From: Squalus acanthias
Lineage: Eukaryota
Length of the DNA: 64,000 nucleotides
Direction of reading: 5' to 3'
NCBI GenBank assembly: GCA_030390025.1
Contig: CM059433.1
Span: 11,534,001 to 11,598,000 of the forward strand
This document shows, piece after piece, positions 48,367-60,280 of the stretch. The notes below the pieces were generated by a model. That model was not told the origin of the DNA and made no database searches. It was given only the letters and a program-made list of their open reading frames with translations. Numbering within the stretch: the first letter of the stretch is position 1; the number at the start of each line of letters is the position of its first letter. The translations under genes were made by a program, and so were the position numbers.

Positions 48367-49201
48367 GGGGGTGATTTTGCCAATGGGGGTGCGTTGGAGG
48401 CGGGACTGCTGCTTGTCGGGTTTTAGTCCCGCCTCCATCGACGTCTGGCCAACCCACGCTATTTTCCCTTGATTGACCTTGTTAAGCCCGCCCAGCGGGC
48501 TTAGCCGGCCAATTAAGGGAAAGCCGGTGACAGAGAACATCGGCGTATGACGTTTCATCTGACAAATTTTTGACAGATGAATTGTCATCGTTTGACAGCT
48601 CTGTGAAGCTGTCAAACACTGTCATTCTCTGTTGTTTGGTGAGTTCTTGTACTCAAGGCTCACCAAACCTATTTCCTGAGCAGAAAGCAGATGGCTGTTA
48701 AATCGGAGAATGCAGCAGCCATTCTGTCATCTCTGCCGGTGAGATGCCGGAGCCTTCGGATCCCCAACGATTGAAGCCTGCAGGAAGAAACAAAGGTAAG
48801 GAAACTTTTTCTAACACTTTTCACTCACCTCACACACTTACCTCTCCACACTTGCACCCATCACTCACCTCCACAGCGCACTTTTGGACCCCGCAGACCC
48901 CCGCAGACCCACTGCTCGCCTCGCTGACCCTGGCGGGGTTTCCCGACGTCGGGAAGCCCGCACCTCTGCTGGGAAAATGGGGATAATCCTCTTAACTGCC
49001 TGTTAAAACAGGCAGTTAAGTGGCTGTAATCCCCTTCCCGCCTCCAGGAGACGGGACCCAGCACGGGTTGGCTACCCACCTCCTGGGAAGATGGCACGGA
49101 GGTGGGTTGGGGGCGGGATGGGCACCCGCCCCCAGATTCTGCCATTTTCCCAGCAGTCCCGCCTCCAAATCCACCTCCCCAGGGCTGGCAAGATCGCCCC
49201 C
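48367..49201 (+). mobile_element. Harbinger-type MITE family B
   Basis: TIRs GGGGGTGATTTTGCCA and TGGCAAGATCGCCCCC; TSD TCA (48364-48366, 49202-49204). Confidence 0.93.
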
Positions 49202-49407
49202 TCAGTGTCTGTTATTTTCTATGCAATAGAATATTACCTGATCAGGTATATTGATCTCTTTTGATGTTTTGAATGATATCCAATCTTGTAAAAGTATTGT
49301 TATGATCGAATAGGTTTATGGCTGTATAGGTTTATTTTTTTGGTGAGGTGTCATCTGGGTGCAGTGCAAAGAAGAAAAAGGTTAAATATTGGGAAGACCG
49401 AAGCCAT

Positions 49408-50100
49408 TGGCCCCGATAATAACTGCAAGGCAGGAAGAGAGTGGGGGAGGGGATATTTTTCAGCCAGGAAACCCGGAAGTGCGGGTTTCCCACAGGTTCA
49501 GGCAACAGCAGGACATATTTTAAATAATTTCAACAAGTTTCCTGGCCACAGCCAGCCAGATTGGCAATCTGTCCGGCAGTCAGGTGGGAAGGCAGCCGGG
49601 GAGTGGAGCAGAGCAGAGAGTCTGACATGGGGGGAGTCAGATATATCTGGGGGGGGGGGGTTAGTCAAATGATCACGGGGAAGTGGGGCAATCGATCACG
49701 GAGGGGAGGGGGTTTGCCAATTGTGGGGGTCCGATCGTGTGGAGCTCAGCTTGGTGGGTCGGGGGCAGGCACTCCTGCTCCTCTTGGCCCACAAGCAGTG
49801 CTGTAAAGGAACTTACCTGATGGAGCCAGCCCTTCATGCCTTCCTTCAGCTGCCGGGTTTCCCGATGCCCGGGAAACCCAGCCTGCATGCATTGAAACTG
49901 AAAGTTAAGTTAAATTGGAGGCACACAGCCTCCTTAAAATATTTTAGTGACCGCCCCGTCACCTGAGAGCGGATTGGTCGTCTGCCCCCCAACCTGCCTC
50001 CGTTAAACTGGAAGTGAACGGAGTTGGAGTCAGATTGCCAATTTTTTAATTTTTAATCCCCCCCCCCACCCCGCCCGGCCTGGGAGTTAAAATTACCCCT
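49408..50100. mobile_element. Harbinger-type MITE (family C)
   Basis: Ends GGCCCCGATAAT and TAAAATTACCCC; core CTCCTGCTCCTCTTGGCCCACAAG..ACTTACCT also seen at ~20400, ~31090 and ~59540. Confidence 0.6.
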
Positions 50101-50102
50101 AG

Positions 50103-50910
50103 TGTCTTTGGTTCCTGCCACAAACTCCGTTCCCTAGCCACCGACTCCAACAGTCTTCCTGGCCACTATCTGGGGCTCAACCAGATTGTTCGCAAACTTG
50201 CTGCCCTATTTGACCCTGAGCTCAGCTTCTGACCCCATATCCTCTCCATCATCAAGACCGCCTACTTCCACCTGCACAACATCGCCTGTCTCCGCCCCTG
50301 CCACAGCTCATCTGCTGCTGAAACCCTCATCCATGCCTTTGTTACCACTAGTCTCGACTAGTCCAATGCCCTGCTGCCTGGCCTCCCACCTTGCACCCTC
50401 CGTAAACTTAAGCTCACCCAAAACTCTGCTGCCTGTATCCTAACTCGCAGCAAGTCCCGTCAACACATCACCCCTGCGCTCGCTGACCTACATTGGGTCC
50501 TGGTCCGGCAACGCCGCAATTTTAAAATTATCATCCTTGTTTTCAAATCCTTCCTTGGCCTCGCCCCTCCCTATCTCTGTAATCTCCTCCAGCCCTGCAA
50601 GCCTCCAAGTTCTCTGCGCGCCTCCAATTCTGGCCTCTTGTGCATCCCCAATATCCATCGTTCCACCCTTGGCGGCCGTGTCTTCGGCTGTCTAGGCCCT
50701 AAGCTCTAAAGTTCCCTCACTAAACCCCTCCGCCTCTTTCCCCTCCTTTAAGATGCTTCTTTAAACCTACCTCTTTGACCAAGCTTTTGGTCACCTGTCC
50801 TAATATTTCCTTATGTGGCTCAGTGTCAAATTTTGTTCGATGGCACTCCTTTGTGAAGTGCCTTGGGGCGTTTTACTACATTCAAGGTGCTTTAAGTTGT
50901 TGCTGTTGTT
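50103..50910 (+). mobile_element. L2 LINE 3' end
   Basis: Degenerate YFHLHNIACLR..LIHAFVTTSLD..HITPALADLHW; (TTG)n tail. Confidence 0.9.
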
Positions 50911-51329
50911 GTCAGGCTCATTGTAGTTTCTGTGGTGGGCTCCCAGCAGCATTTCTGTTCCTGCAGGGCTGCCCACCTCAGTTGGGGTGCAGCTGTGCTT
51001 GCCACAGATCAGCATGGTCAAAGGTGTGCTGAGTCAGCTAAAGGTGCCAGTTAAAGAAATCAAACTTTGAATTTTCTTTCAAAAGTTTCCCATTTTGCTT
51101 AGTGCGATTGATCACTCTTTGATTGCAATAGGCAATCTAGCCCTTTAAATTTTAAGCCCCCGTTCAGCAGCTTAGCAATGCTGAATGGCGGGAACTCAAT
51201 GGCTTTCCTGACGCCCGGAGTCGCTACGGTGTTAATGGCGAAAAATATGTCAGATGGTTTATATCCATCATTAACATTTAATTTGAATATGTTCATCATC
51301 ACTTCCAGAAGAATTTCTGGAAGTGGTAA

Positions 51330-51678
51330 AAAGAAAGAAAGACTTGCATTTATATAGCGCCTTTCACAACCACCGGACGTCTCAAAGCGCTTTACAGCCA
51401 ATGAAGTATATCGCCGATCCTTCATCGTCGCTGGGTCAAAATCCTGGAACTCCCTCCCTAACAGCACTGTGGGAGTACCTTCACCACACGGACTGCAGCG
51501 GTTCAAGGTGGCGGCTCATCATCACCTTCTCAAGGGCAATTAGGGATGGGCAATAAATGCTGGCCTTGCCAGCGACGTCCACATCCCAGGGAAGAATTAA
51601 AAAAAATGTTTTAAGTACTTTTGAAGTGTAGTCACTGTTGTAATGTGGGAAACGCAGCAGCCAATTTGCACACAGCCA
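51330..51678 (-). mobile_element. Deu-SINE 3' part interrupted by a plus-strand LINE family 2 tail (51409-51612)
   Basis: AAGTA at 51404-51408 and 51613-51617 flanks the insert. Confidence 0.85.
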
Positions 51679-52609
51679 AATCAAAAGTGTGAAAGAAGCA
51701 TAATTACGTTTGCGACGTCCTTGGCTACCTTTTGTGAGCTCTCTCCTCTGTGGTCACCTGAAAGGACCCCTGTGGCATAAAAAGTAAGATCAGCGATGAC
51801 CACTGCAGTGCGGAAGGTTGACTGTCCCTGCCTGCTATCGTGAACCGAGCATCGGACGTCAGGCACAGCGTCCCTGCTGGGCCCCAGTCTCGTCGAGCGT
51901 TGCTCCTCCTGGTCGAAAGATTTATTTTATTTGATGATTTGTCACATAAGTCACCGTCTGAGTATGGAATTAATTTTTTTTTGGTCTGGACTTGCAACCC
52001 AATCACGTTCTATTACCGCCAAGTACTTTGGGAGGAATAGCCCAAAGTTTAAACAGTTAGGCCCTTCTCCTCTCTCACTGACCCCCTCCATTTTTTCTTA
52101 TTTAAATAAAAAGCCTGATACATGATAGGTTTCGCGATGCCACGAGCAAAGTGCTGTTATCTGTGGCAGTGTGCCAAAGCCCGTGCAACACCAATTTGTG
52201 AATTACATGGTGTCGAATTAATTCAATCTATTCTCTCTGTCCCCTTTTTCACTGGCTCAACATTAAACTCCAGAAATATTGCGAAGCAAAAACCAAATAG
52301 ATGTTTCATGTTTCACAGCATTGAACTAATTTTGCATTGCTTGCCTTGCTGCAAAAAGGGTTTCGTGCCATTGCTAAAATAAAGTAGACTTTATCGGATT
52401 CGAAAATACAGTATAATGTGGAGAACAGTCTTATGCAGCACGTAAAGAGATGCGGTAATTTTCAGAAATATGTCTATCTACATCTAGCTATAGAACCCGG
52501 CATAGTTTGAATAATCCATCAAAAAACCTATCCCTGTGGTTACCACTAAAGTAAAAGGAATTCAATCCAAATTGAACCACACATAACATAAAATAAATGG
52601 AAATTCCTG

Positions 52610-53020
52610 GTTCAAAATTCAAAATTCTCATCCTTGTTTTCAAATCCCTCCATGGCCTCGCCCCTTCCCTATCTCTGTAATCTCCTTCAGCCCCCGCGAT
52701 ATCTGCGCTCCTCTAATTCTGTCCTCTTGAGCATCCCTGATTATAATCGCTCCACCATTGGTGGCCGTGCCTTCTGTTGCCTCGGCCCTAAGCTCTGGAA
52801 TTCGCTGCCTAAACCTCTCCGCCTCGCTACCTCTCTTTCCTCCTTTAAGACGCTCCTTAAAACCTACCCCTTTGACAAAGCTTTTGGTCACCTGCCCTAA
52901 TTTCTCCTTATGTGGCTTGGTGTCAAATTTTTTGTCTTTTTATACTCCTGTGCAGCGCCTTGGGACGTTTTACAACGTTAAAGGCGCTATATAAATACAA
53001 GTTGTTGCTGTTGTTGTTGT
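52610..53020 (+). mobile_element. L2 LINE 3' end
   Basis: YLCNLLQP..LRSSNS..TIGGRAFCCLGPKLWNSLP..FKTLLKTY; tail AAAGGCGCTATATAAATACAAG(TTG)n. Confidence 0.92.
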
Positions 53021-53231
53021 TTGACCAGTTAAATCAACAAATAACTATAGGCACACCTACTAAATTAATCAAACACAACACAACCTTTTGTAATAGTTAC
53101 TCTGTGACCTTGAGAGTGACTATCGAAGGGCAAAGAGCAAGAGTTGAAAGGTTATTCACTAAATGCTCAGGATTTGGTATTGTCCATCTGAGGAATGAGT
53201 TCTGAATTTTAAAAGGTTAGGCCATTGCCAG

Positions 53232-53283
53232 TGAACAATATTAATGAGGGGTCGTGATGAACAATATTAATGAGGGGTCGTGA
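53232..53283. repeat. Exact 26-bp tandem duplication
   Basis: TGAACAATATTAATGAGGGGTCGTGA twice. Confidence 0.9.
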
Positions 53284-54509
53284 TGTAGCCGAGGCCAGGG
53301 AGTCTGTGTTCCAACCAATTCTTGTGGGATTTTTCCTCTTTTATAATTTTCGCACGTGAAATATAATTTGAAGAGTTCTACAAATCCATTATTTCTGAGC
53401 AGAGAAGGAGCATCTTTGCAAATGTGACTGCAGCCTTGCCTACCAAAAAGGCAAAGGGGATCCTGGACCTGCCCTGAACAGCTCACAGGGACGATGTGCA
53501 GCTTCCCACGACAGCAAAAAATACTCAGTCAGACAGAAATAACAATGTTGGTCATAACAACGAATGACCTTACTCTTGTTCGAAATTTTAGATTTTGTTA
53601 CCTTTTAAGAACCTTATCGAGGTCATAGATTTGAAAAAATGAATTAAGTGGCCCCGTCAAGGGAAGTAGGGAAAATAAACTAAATCTAACATCCGGAAAA
53701 TAAATGAGCTAATTTCTCCTTCTTTGGCTGAGTTATCAACCTTGACTATATTCACGTCATTCGTTGAACAAGGTAACATGATACAAATATTTGTGTGTTG
53801 TTTGCATTTTTTCCCGATTTAGTATTTTCTTCATAGATTTCAGTTGCCCTTGAGGGGGGAATACATTTTAAATCACTAAAAATATTCTGAGAATAAGCAT
53901 TTTCTCTTTTCCTCCAAAGTAGAGGGTAGCTCATTGGCGATGACATCATCTTCCTATTCTTGATCACTGCTCACACACTGAATGTTTATTAGAGACAACA
54001 TGGAAGTGGTGTTGCTTCCTGTGGGAAAATGACATGATTTCGGAATTTTAAATGACGACTTTGTAATGCTTGATTGTATCAGATCCAAAAAATCAAACAA
54101 ATTGATGCGCAAAATATTAACCATAAACTTATGCGGATTATGTCAGGTCACGACGCCATGTCAAATAAAATGTTAGCAGTGCAAAGGAAAGGTTCTGAAT
54201 CTACACAAACAAGAAATGTCTCTAATGCATGATTGATAGCATCAAATGACATCAACAGCGTAAAGGAGCATAACTATGGGGGTAAATTTATGAATTCGAG
54301 CTGCTGGCACAGAGTCTTGTCCATCGGGAGTAGTTGGGGAATTCAGGCACCACTCGACACAGTGAATGGAAAATCATGGGGAGCGTGCATCTAAATATGT
54401 GTCCCCCATGGGGGACGCTCCACTCCAGGATTGCAAGCTCATTAAATGACCCCCTTATATTTTCCTAAAACAAACCTCAGTTGTCAAGTTATTTAATTGG
54501 TGAAGAGCA

Positions 54510-54968
54510 TAGGGACATAGGAACAGAGGAACAGGAGGAGGCCATTCAGCCCCGCGAGCCTGTTCCGCCATTCAGTGGGATCATGGCTGATCTGTATATT
54601 GACTCCATCTACCCGCCTTGGTTCCGTTAGGTAATACCTTTACCTAACAAAAATCTATCAATCTCAGTTTTGAAATTTTTAGTTGGCCTAGCCTCAACAG
54701 CTTTTTGGGGGGGGAGAGAGTTCCAGATTTCCACTATCCTTTGTGTGAAGAAGTGCTTTCTGACATCAACCCTGAATAGCCTGGCTCTAATTTTGAGGTG
54801 ATGCCCCTTTGTTCTGGACTCCCCCACCAGAGGAAATAGATTCTCTTTATCTACCCTAGCAAATCCTTTACACCTCAATCGGATCACCCCTTAATCTTCT
54901 TTACTCAAGGGAATACAAGCCTAGCCTATGCAAGCTGTCCTCGTAATTTAACCCTATTCGCCCTGGTT
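54510..54968 (-). mobile_element. CR1 3' end
   Basis: LFPLVGESRTKGHHLKIR..FFTQRIVEIWNSLP. Confidence 0.9.
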
Positions 54969-55039
54969 GATTCCATGCTGTTATTGTGTTTGAGCTGGTT
55001 CTCTTATCAAACCCGACGCCTGAGTTCCTCTAATGACTT

Positions 55040-55330
55040 AGATGATGAATTCAGTGCCAGTGTGAAGCTGAGCCATGCAGACCAAGAGGGTTTCAGATTT
55101 GATCCCCAGTCTGTACCGAGTTATGCAGCAAGGGGATTACAATTGGCCTCAGTGTTCCTGGAATAGGCAGCTTGAAAATCAGACAGCGTTGCTGATCATT
55201 TGCGCTATCAGTGACTGGAAAGTGTGCATGTTGGATGAGGACAGGAACAGGCTTGACTATGATGACTATGGTGCCAAATAACCTGCTGGCACTCACTGTC
55301 CAGGCTCACCCGAGGTACCGGAGAACAGCC
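55040..55330 (+). mobile_element. Possible ancient tRNA-derived SINE
   Basis: Degenerate B-box-like AGATTTGATCCCC after a tRNA-like head; only one copy here. Confidence 0.35.
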
Positions 55331-55942
55331 AAAGGAACTGAACATACACGTGGGTCAATGCAGAGGAACGTCGGGATTAAAATATTTTTTTAAATCCTAA
55401 TTCTTATGCTCAGCATTATTTCCCCCCTTCTTAACTCATCCCATCTCCTTCCCTCGTTGCACTGAGGATGCCTCAGGGGATTTATACCTTTTCCACTCTG
55501 GCATATCTTTGCCTCGGAATTATGCTTGGCCTTTGTTTATGGTTTTTATTTTTTCTTGTGTGATGATGATTACCTTGCTGTTGTCCTCCTTTAGCCAGTG
55601 TTGGGGATATTGCCCAGTTTCAGTTCCCAGTGGTCTTTGCCTTGTAACTGAAGCAAAAGGCATGAATTTCAGAATTTACTTCTGCAAGTAACAGTCAGGG
55701 GTATGTTGATTCTTTAAAGAATTATGCTTTCTGTCATGAAGGAGGGAGATAATCTACTCTGTTCAAGATCCTCAAGCATATAAAAGAAATATATTTAACA
55801 ACATAATAATGTATAGGTCAGTAGCCTCAGTTTGAGATATGAACTGGGAAATATATATGCAAAGCATATGAATACATTTGACATGCACTGAATGTGCATT
55901 ACTTCAGAATCTGTCTATTATTGTGTGTGACGCAGACACATG

Positions 55943-58900
55943 GGGCTCGATGTTAATAACGGAGGGGGGTTGAGGGCGGGCCTGCTGCTCGGCAGTTTTC
56001 GGACCCGCACCGAGGCTGCCGCCTCCCAGCACTTCGATTTTGGCTTCATTGGTGTCGTTACGGCCGACGAGCGGGTCGGGTCCCTCCGGACAATTGCTGG
56101 CAGGATGCCAGTTTCTCGCGTCTGATGACGCGTTGCTTGTTTGAAAATTTAAAGGGGCCATGTCCCCTTTGCATACAAATGTCATTGGGTTGGCTTGCTG
56201 CTTTATTATCTTGAATGGGGAGTTGACAGCGTCTGTTCTGAGCAAAATTTAATGAATGATATTGCTGGTCATATTATTCCAGAAAGAGATTTATGATTTT
56301 TTGATATATGATTTTATTATCTGACTATGAAATGAAAAAGATGTCAGATGTGTTCCAATCATTTGCTCAGTAATATTAATGCTTTTTTCTCTTAAAGGTG
56401 CTGGGAGCTGCAGGAATGGCAGCCCCAAAAACTAAGGCTGCAGCCAGGTTCAATGAGGGCTCTCTCCATGCTCTTGTTGAGGGAGTTAGAGGATGTCAGG
56501 AGCTCCTCTTCCCTGGAAACGGAAGGAGGAGGCCTCCTCAGCAAACCAAGGCAGCTTGGCTGCAAATTGCTGAGGAGGTGAGCTCGAGGTCTGTGTGCAG
56601 ACGCACGTGGGTTTAGTGTCGAAAAAGGTTCAATGATCTGCTGAGATCACCTAAAGTGTGGCCTCTGTGTTCTGGACATGGAAGTTCAAGAGTGAGGGCT
56701 CAGGGCGATTTCCATGTAGAATGTTTTGGTGACATTGAGCGCAAACCACCATTTATTGGATAGATGATGCCTGGAGTTTGAGAATGTCGGACATATATTC
56801 ATCACCATGTGCCAGCCACCTGTGGTTGAAGCGTAAGCTTACGCGAATCTGGCATGGCTGAGTGCATCCCTTGCCTGACGGCCAGCAATGTGGTCACAAA
56901 GGCGTCACTCCCTGTCCTCCTACTCATCCTCCTCCTCGTCCTCTCCTCGTCCTCTTCATTTTCCTCCAAGGAGGCTGTGTGCTGAGCCACTTGTTCATCT
57001 GGCAGCACTAAGCCGCGCTGCTCTTCCTCCGAATCTGGCGATCAGGATAAGAGGATGTAAATAGTTCCCATCCCGTTGTTATAGTTTTCAGTTGAGGCAA
57101 CAAGCTTACAAGCACACACTCAAAGTGGCCTGAAATTATTCCAATCAGTTCAAACAGCAGATGTGTATCAGCTTGACCAGTCACAAGGTCAGTAGATTTG
57201 CAAAATCTTATCCCAAACCTCCAACAACAAAGTTGTTGCATTTGAATGTCAGCCATGTTACAGGAGTGCTTTTAAAGTGCTTCTTCTCTTCTTAGGCAGT
57301 CCCTCGGAACCGAGGATGACTTGTTTCCACATTAAAAATGAGTTCTCAGGTGACTGATGAGTCCAATGCGGGACCTACAGTCTCTGTCACAGGTGGGGCA
57401 GACGGTGGTTGAAGGGGCGGGTGGGCGGGGTGCTTGGGTTGATGTGCGCTCCTTGCGCTGCCTGCGCTTGGCTTCCGCTTGCTCCCGGCGAAGAGACTCG
57501 AGCTGTTCGGCGCCTTCCTGGATGCTTCTCCTCCACTTTGTGCGGTCTTGGGCCAGGGATTCCCAGGAGTTGGTGGGGATGTTACATTTTTTCAAGGAGG
57601 CTTTGAGGGTGTCCTTGAAGCGTTTCCTCTGCCCACCTGGGGCTCTCTTGCCGTGCTGGAGCTCCGAGTAGAGCGCTTGTTTTGGGAGTCTCGTATCGGG
57701 CATGCGGACAATGTGACCCGTCCATCAGAGCTGATCGAGCGTGGTCAAAGCTTCGATGCTGGGGATGTTGGCCTGAGTGAGAACACTGACGTTGGTGCGC
57801 CTATCCTGCCAATGGATTTGCAGGATCTTGCTGAGGCAGCGTTGGTGGTACCTCTCCAGTGCTTTGAGGTGCCTGCTGTACATGGTCCTTGTCTCTGAGG
57901 CATACAGCAGGGCGGGTATCACTGCTGCTCTGTAGACCATGAGCTTGGTGCTGGGTTTGAGGTCCTGGTCTTCAAACACTCTCTTCCTCAGGCGACCGAA
58001 GGCTGCGCTGGCACACTGAAGGCCGGTGTTGGACTTCGTTGTCGACATCTGCCCTTGTTGACAGTAGGCTCCCGAGGTATGGAAAGTGGTCCACATTGTC
58101 CAAGGCCTTGTCGTGGATTTTGATAATCGGGAGGCAGTACTGTGTGGCGGGGGCAGGTTGGTAGAGGACCTTTGTCTTACGGATGTTTAGTGTAAGGCCC
58201 ATGCTCTCGTACGCTTCGGTGAACGTCCTGACGATGGTTTGGAGTTTGACCTCCGAGTGAGCGCATACGCAAGCGTCGTCTGCATACTGTAATTCGACGA
58301 CAGAGGATGGGACGACCTTGGATCTGGACTGGAGGCGACGGAGGTTGAACAGTTTCCCGTTTGTTCTGTAAATTAGCTCCACTCCAGCGGGGAGCTTACT
58401 GAGGGTGAGATGGAGCATTGCAGCAAGGAAGATCAAGAAGAGCGTTGGTGCGATGACACAGCCTTGCTTGACCCCGGTTCGTACGTGAATTGGGTCTGTG
58501 GTGGAACCGTTGGTCAAGATCACAGCTTGCATGTTGTCGTGAAGCAGGCAGGGGATGGTGACAAACTTTTGAGGGCAGCCGAATTTGAGGAGGACACTCC
58601 ATAATCCCTCACGGTTGACAGTGTCAAAGGCCATTGTGAGATCAAAGAAGGCCATGTACAGCGGTTGGTGCTGTTCCCTTCATTTCTCTTGTAATTAACG
58701 TGCGGTGAAGATCATGTCCATTGTGCCCCTTAGTGGGCGGAATCCGCATTGCGACTCTGGGAGGAGCTCTTTGGCCACTGGGAGAAGGCGATTGAGGAGG
58801 ATTCTTGCGATGACTTTCCCTGTGGCAGACAGCAGGGAAACTCCTCTGTAGTTAAAGTGCTGCACCAATAATGACTACAGATCATGTCCTCCACCAACTC

Positions 58901-59193
58901 GTCTCCTTGCAGCTGGACTGTTTCTGACAAGACAGGAAACAGGAGCCAGAGGCACGAAAATGGGAAACCACTATCAAAATAGGATTATCAAGGCAGTTAA
59001 CAGGCTCTTAACTGCCTTAACTACCTGTCCCACCGGTTGGAGTCGGGTCAGTTTGGGAGCAGCTGAACAGACACTCACGAAAATCGCGTGGGGACGGGAT
59101 GGAGGTGGGTTGGGTGTCTGAAGCCATTTTTTCCGATTTTCACAGCTGACCCGCCTCCAAACCCGCCTCCTCAGGGCTGTTAAAATCGGGCCC
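55943..59193. mobile_element. Internally deleted Harbinger (Myb exon 1 on plus, transposase C-terminus on minus) carrying an RTE insertion
   Basis: Ends GGGCTCGATGTTAA and TTAAAATCGGGCCC; TSD ATG; MAAPKTKAAARFNEGSLHALVEGV..AAWLQIAEEV..RTWV*CRKRFNDL at 56416-56645; acidic tail then HIAGRQARDAL..RFA* on minus at ~56835-57010. Confidence 0.85.
57282..58851 (-). mobile_element. RTE-clade LINE, 5'-truncated, frameshifted RT
   Basis: NYRGVSLLS, FFDLTMAFDTV, GVKQGCVIAPTLF, LQYADDA, C-terminal CPTC..HLRTH; 10-bp TSD TTAAAGTGCT at 57272-57281 and 58852-58861. Confidence 0.96.
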
Positions 59194-59884
59194 ATGAGCT
59201 GCGATTTTCACTCGCATTCGGGGGCAGGTGACGTGCTGGATGGCCGAGAAGGTGAGTTCAACATGAGGCCTGGGCCATTTTAACTCCCGTGCCTCATTTG
59301 CATTTGGCAGAGCTCTCTCCCACCCGAAACTGGCGGGCTTAATATCAGGACCAGCGAGTGGGAGCGGGAATTCGGGCGGAAGACCGCCGCCTCTGCCGTC
59401 GGGGACTCAAGCCAAAGGTCTCCGGCATAAAGTTGGTGCGGGGGGAGGTGGAGAGGGTGTGTGAAAGGAGATGCTGGAACTGGGTGGGAGAGGCAAGGCC
59501 GGGGGGGGGTGGGGAAGCTCAAGGACTCCAGTGGAGCATTCCTACTCCTCCTGGACCCCACAACGAATCCTCAGAGAAGTTCATTCAAAATATTTTGTCT
59601 TTACTTCTGGCCCCCTCTGTTGACTCCCGCCGGGTCTGACTGCTGGGATTGGTCCGGTGCGGGCCTCCTGAATTTCTGAGTTCCGATTGTGTCATGGCAC
59701 TGATGACATCATTAGGCTGCGACACTTGAATGCAAAGCAGGCCCCTGCCTGCCTCCCTTGGGCGGGCAGCCCTGCCCCTGCCCGATTTCAGGTGAGAAAA
59801 AATAGCGACAGTCGGCATCGCCGTGCGGACCACAAGGAATAACTGAGGCGAATAACATAGCATTTAACTGGAAGCGGGATAAAC

Positions 59885-60280
59885 ACATGCGGGAGAAAGG
59901 AATAGAAGTGGTAGGTCCATGGAATATGCTGCCCCCAAAAGCTGTAGAAGCTACATCATTACATAAATTTAAAACAGAAATAGACAGTTTCCTAGAAGTA
60001 AAGGGAATTAAGGGTTACGGGGAGCGGGCAGGAATTTGGACATGAGTCTAGGTTCGGATCGGTCATGGCCCTGTGGGTAGCATAGCGGGCCCAGGGGCCG
60101 TGTAGCCTGATCCTGCTCCTATTTCGTGTGTCCAATTCTGTTAGATTCAGGAGATGGTTCTGTGATAGTAGATTGGCGGTTAGGATCAGATCAGCCATGA
60201 TCTTATTGAATGGCGGAGCAGGCTCGAGGGGCCAATTGGCCTACTCCTGCTCCTATTTCTTATGTTCTTATGTTCTTATG
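59885..60280 (+). mobile_element. CR1 3' end with two terminal modules
   Basis: WNMLPPKAVEA..FKTEIDSFL; ends (TTCTTATG)n. Confidence 0.88.

Noticed and set aside
53232..53283. CRISPR-like repeat
   Set aside because: Two adjacent copies with no spacer in vertebrate-like DNA; a simple tandem duplication
53752..53967. Minus-strand ORF or exon candidate
   Set aside because: No polypyrimidine acceptor or donor and no recognisable homology
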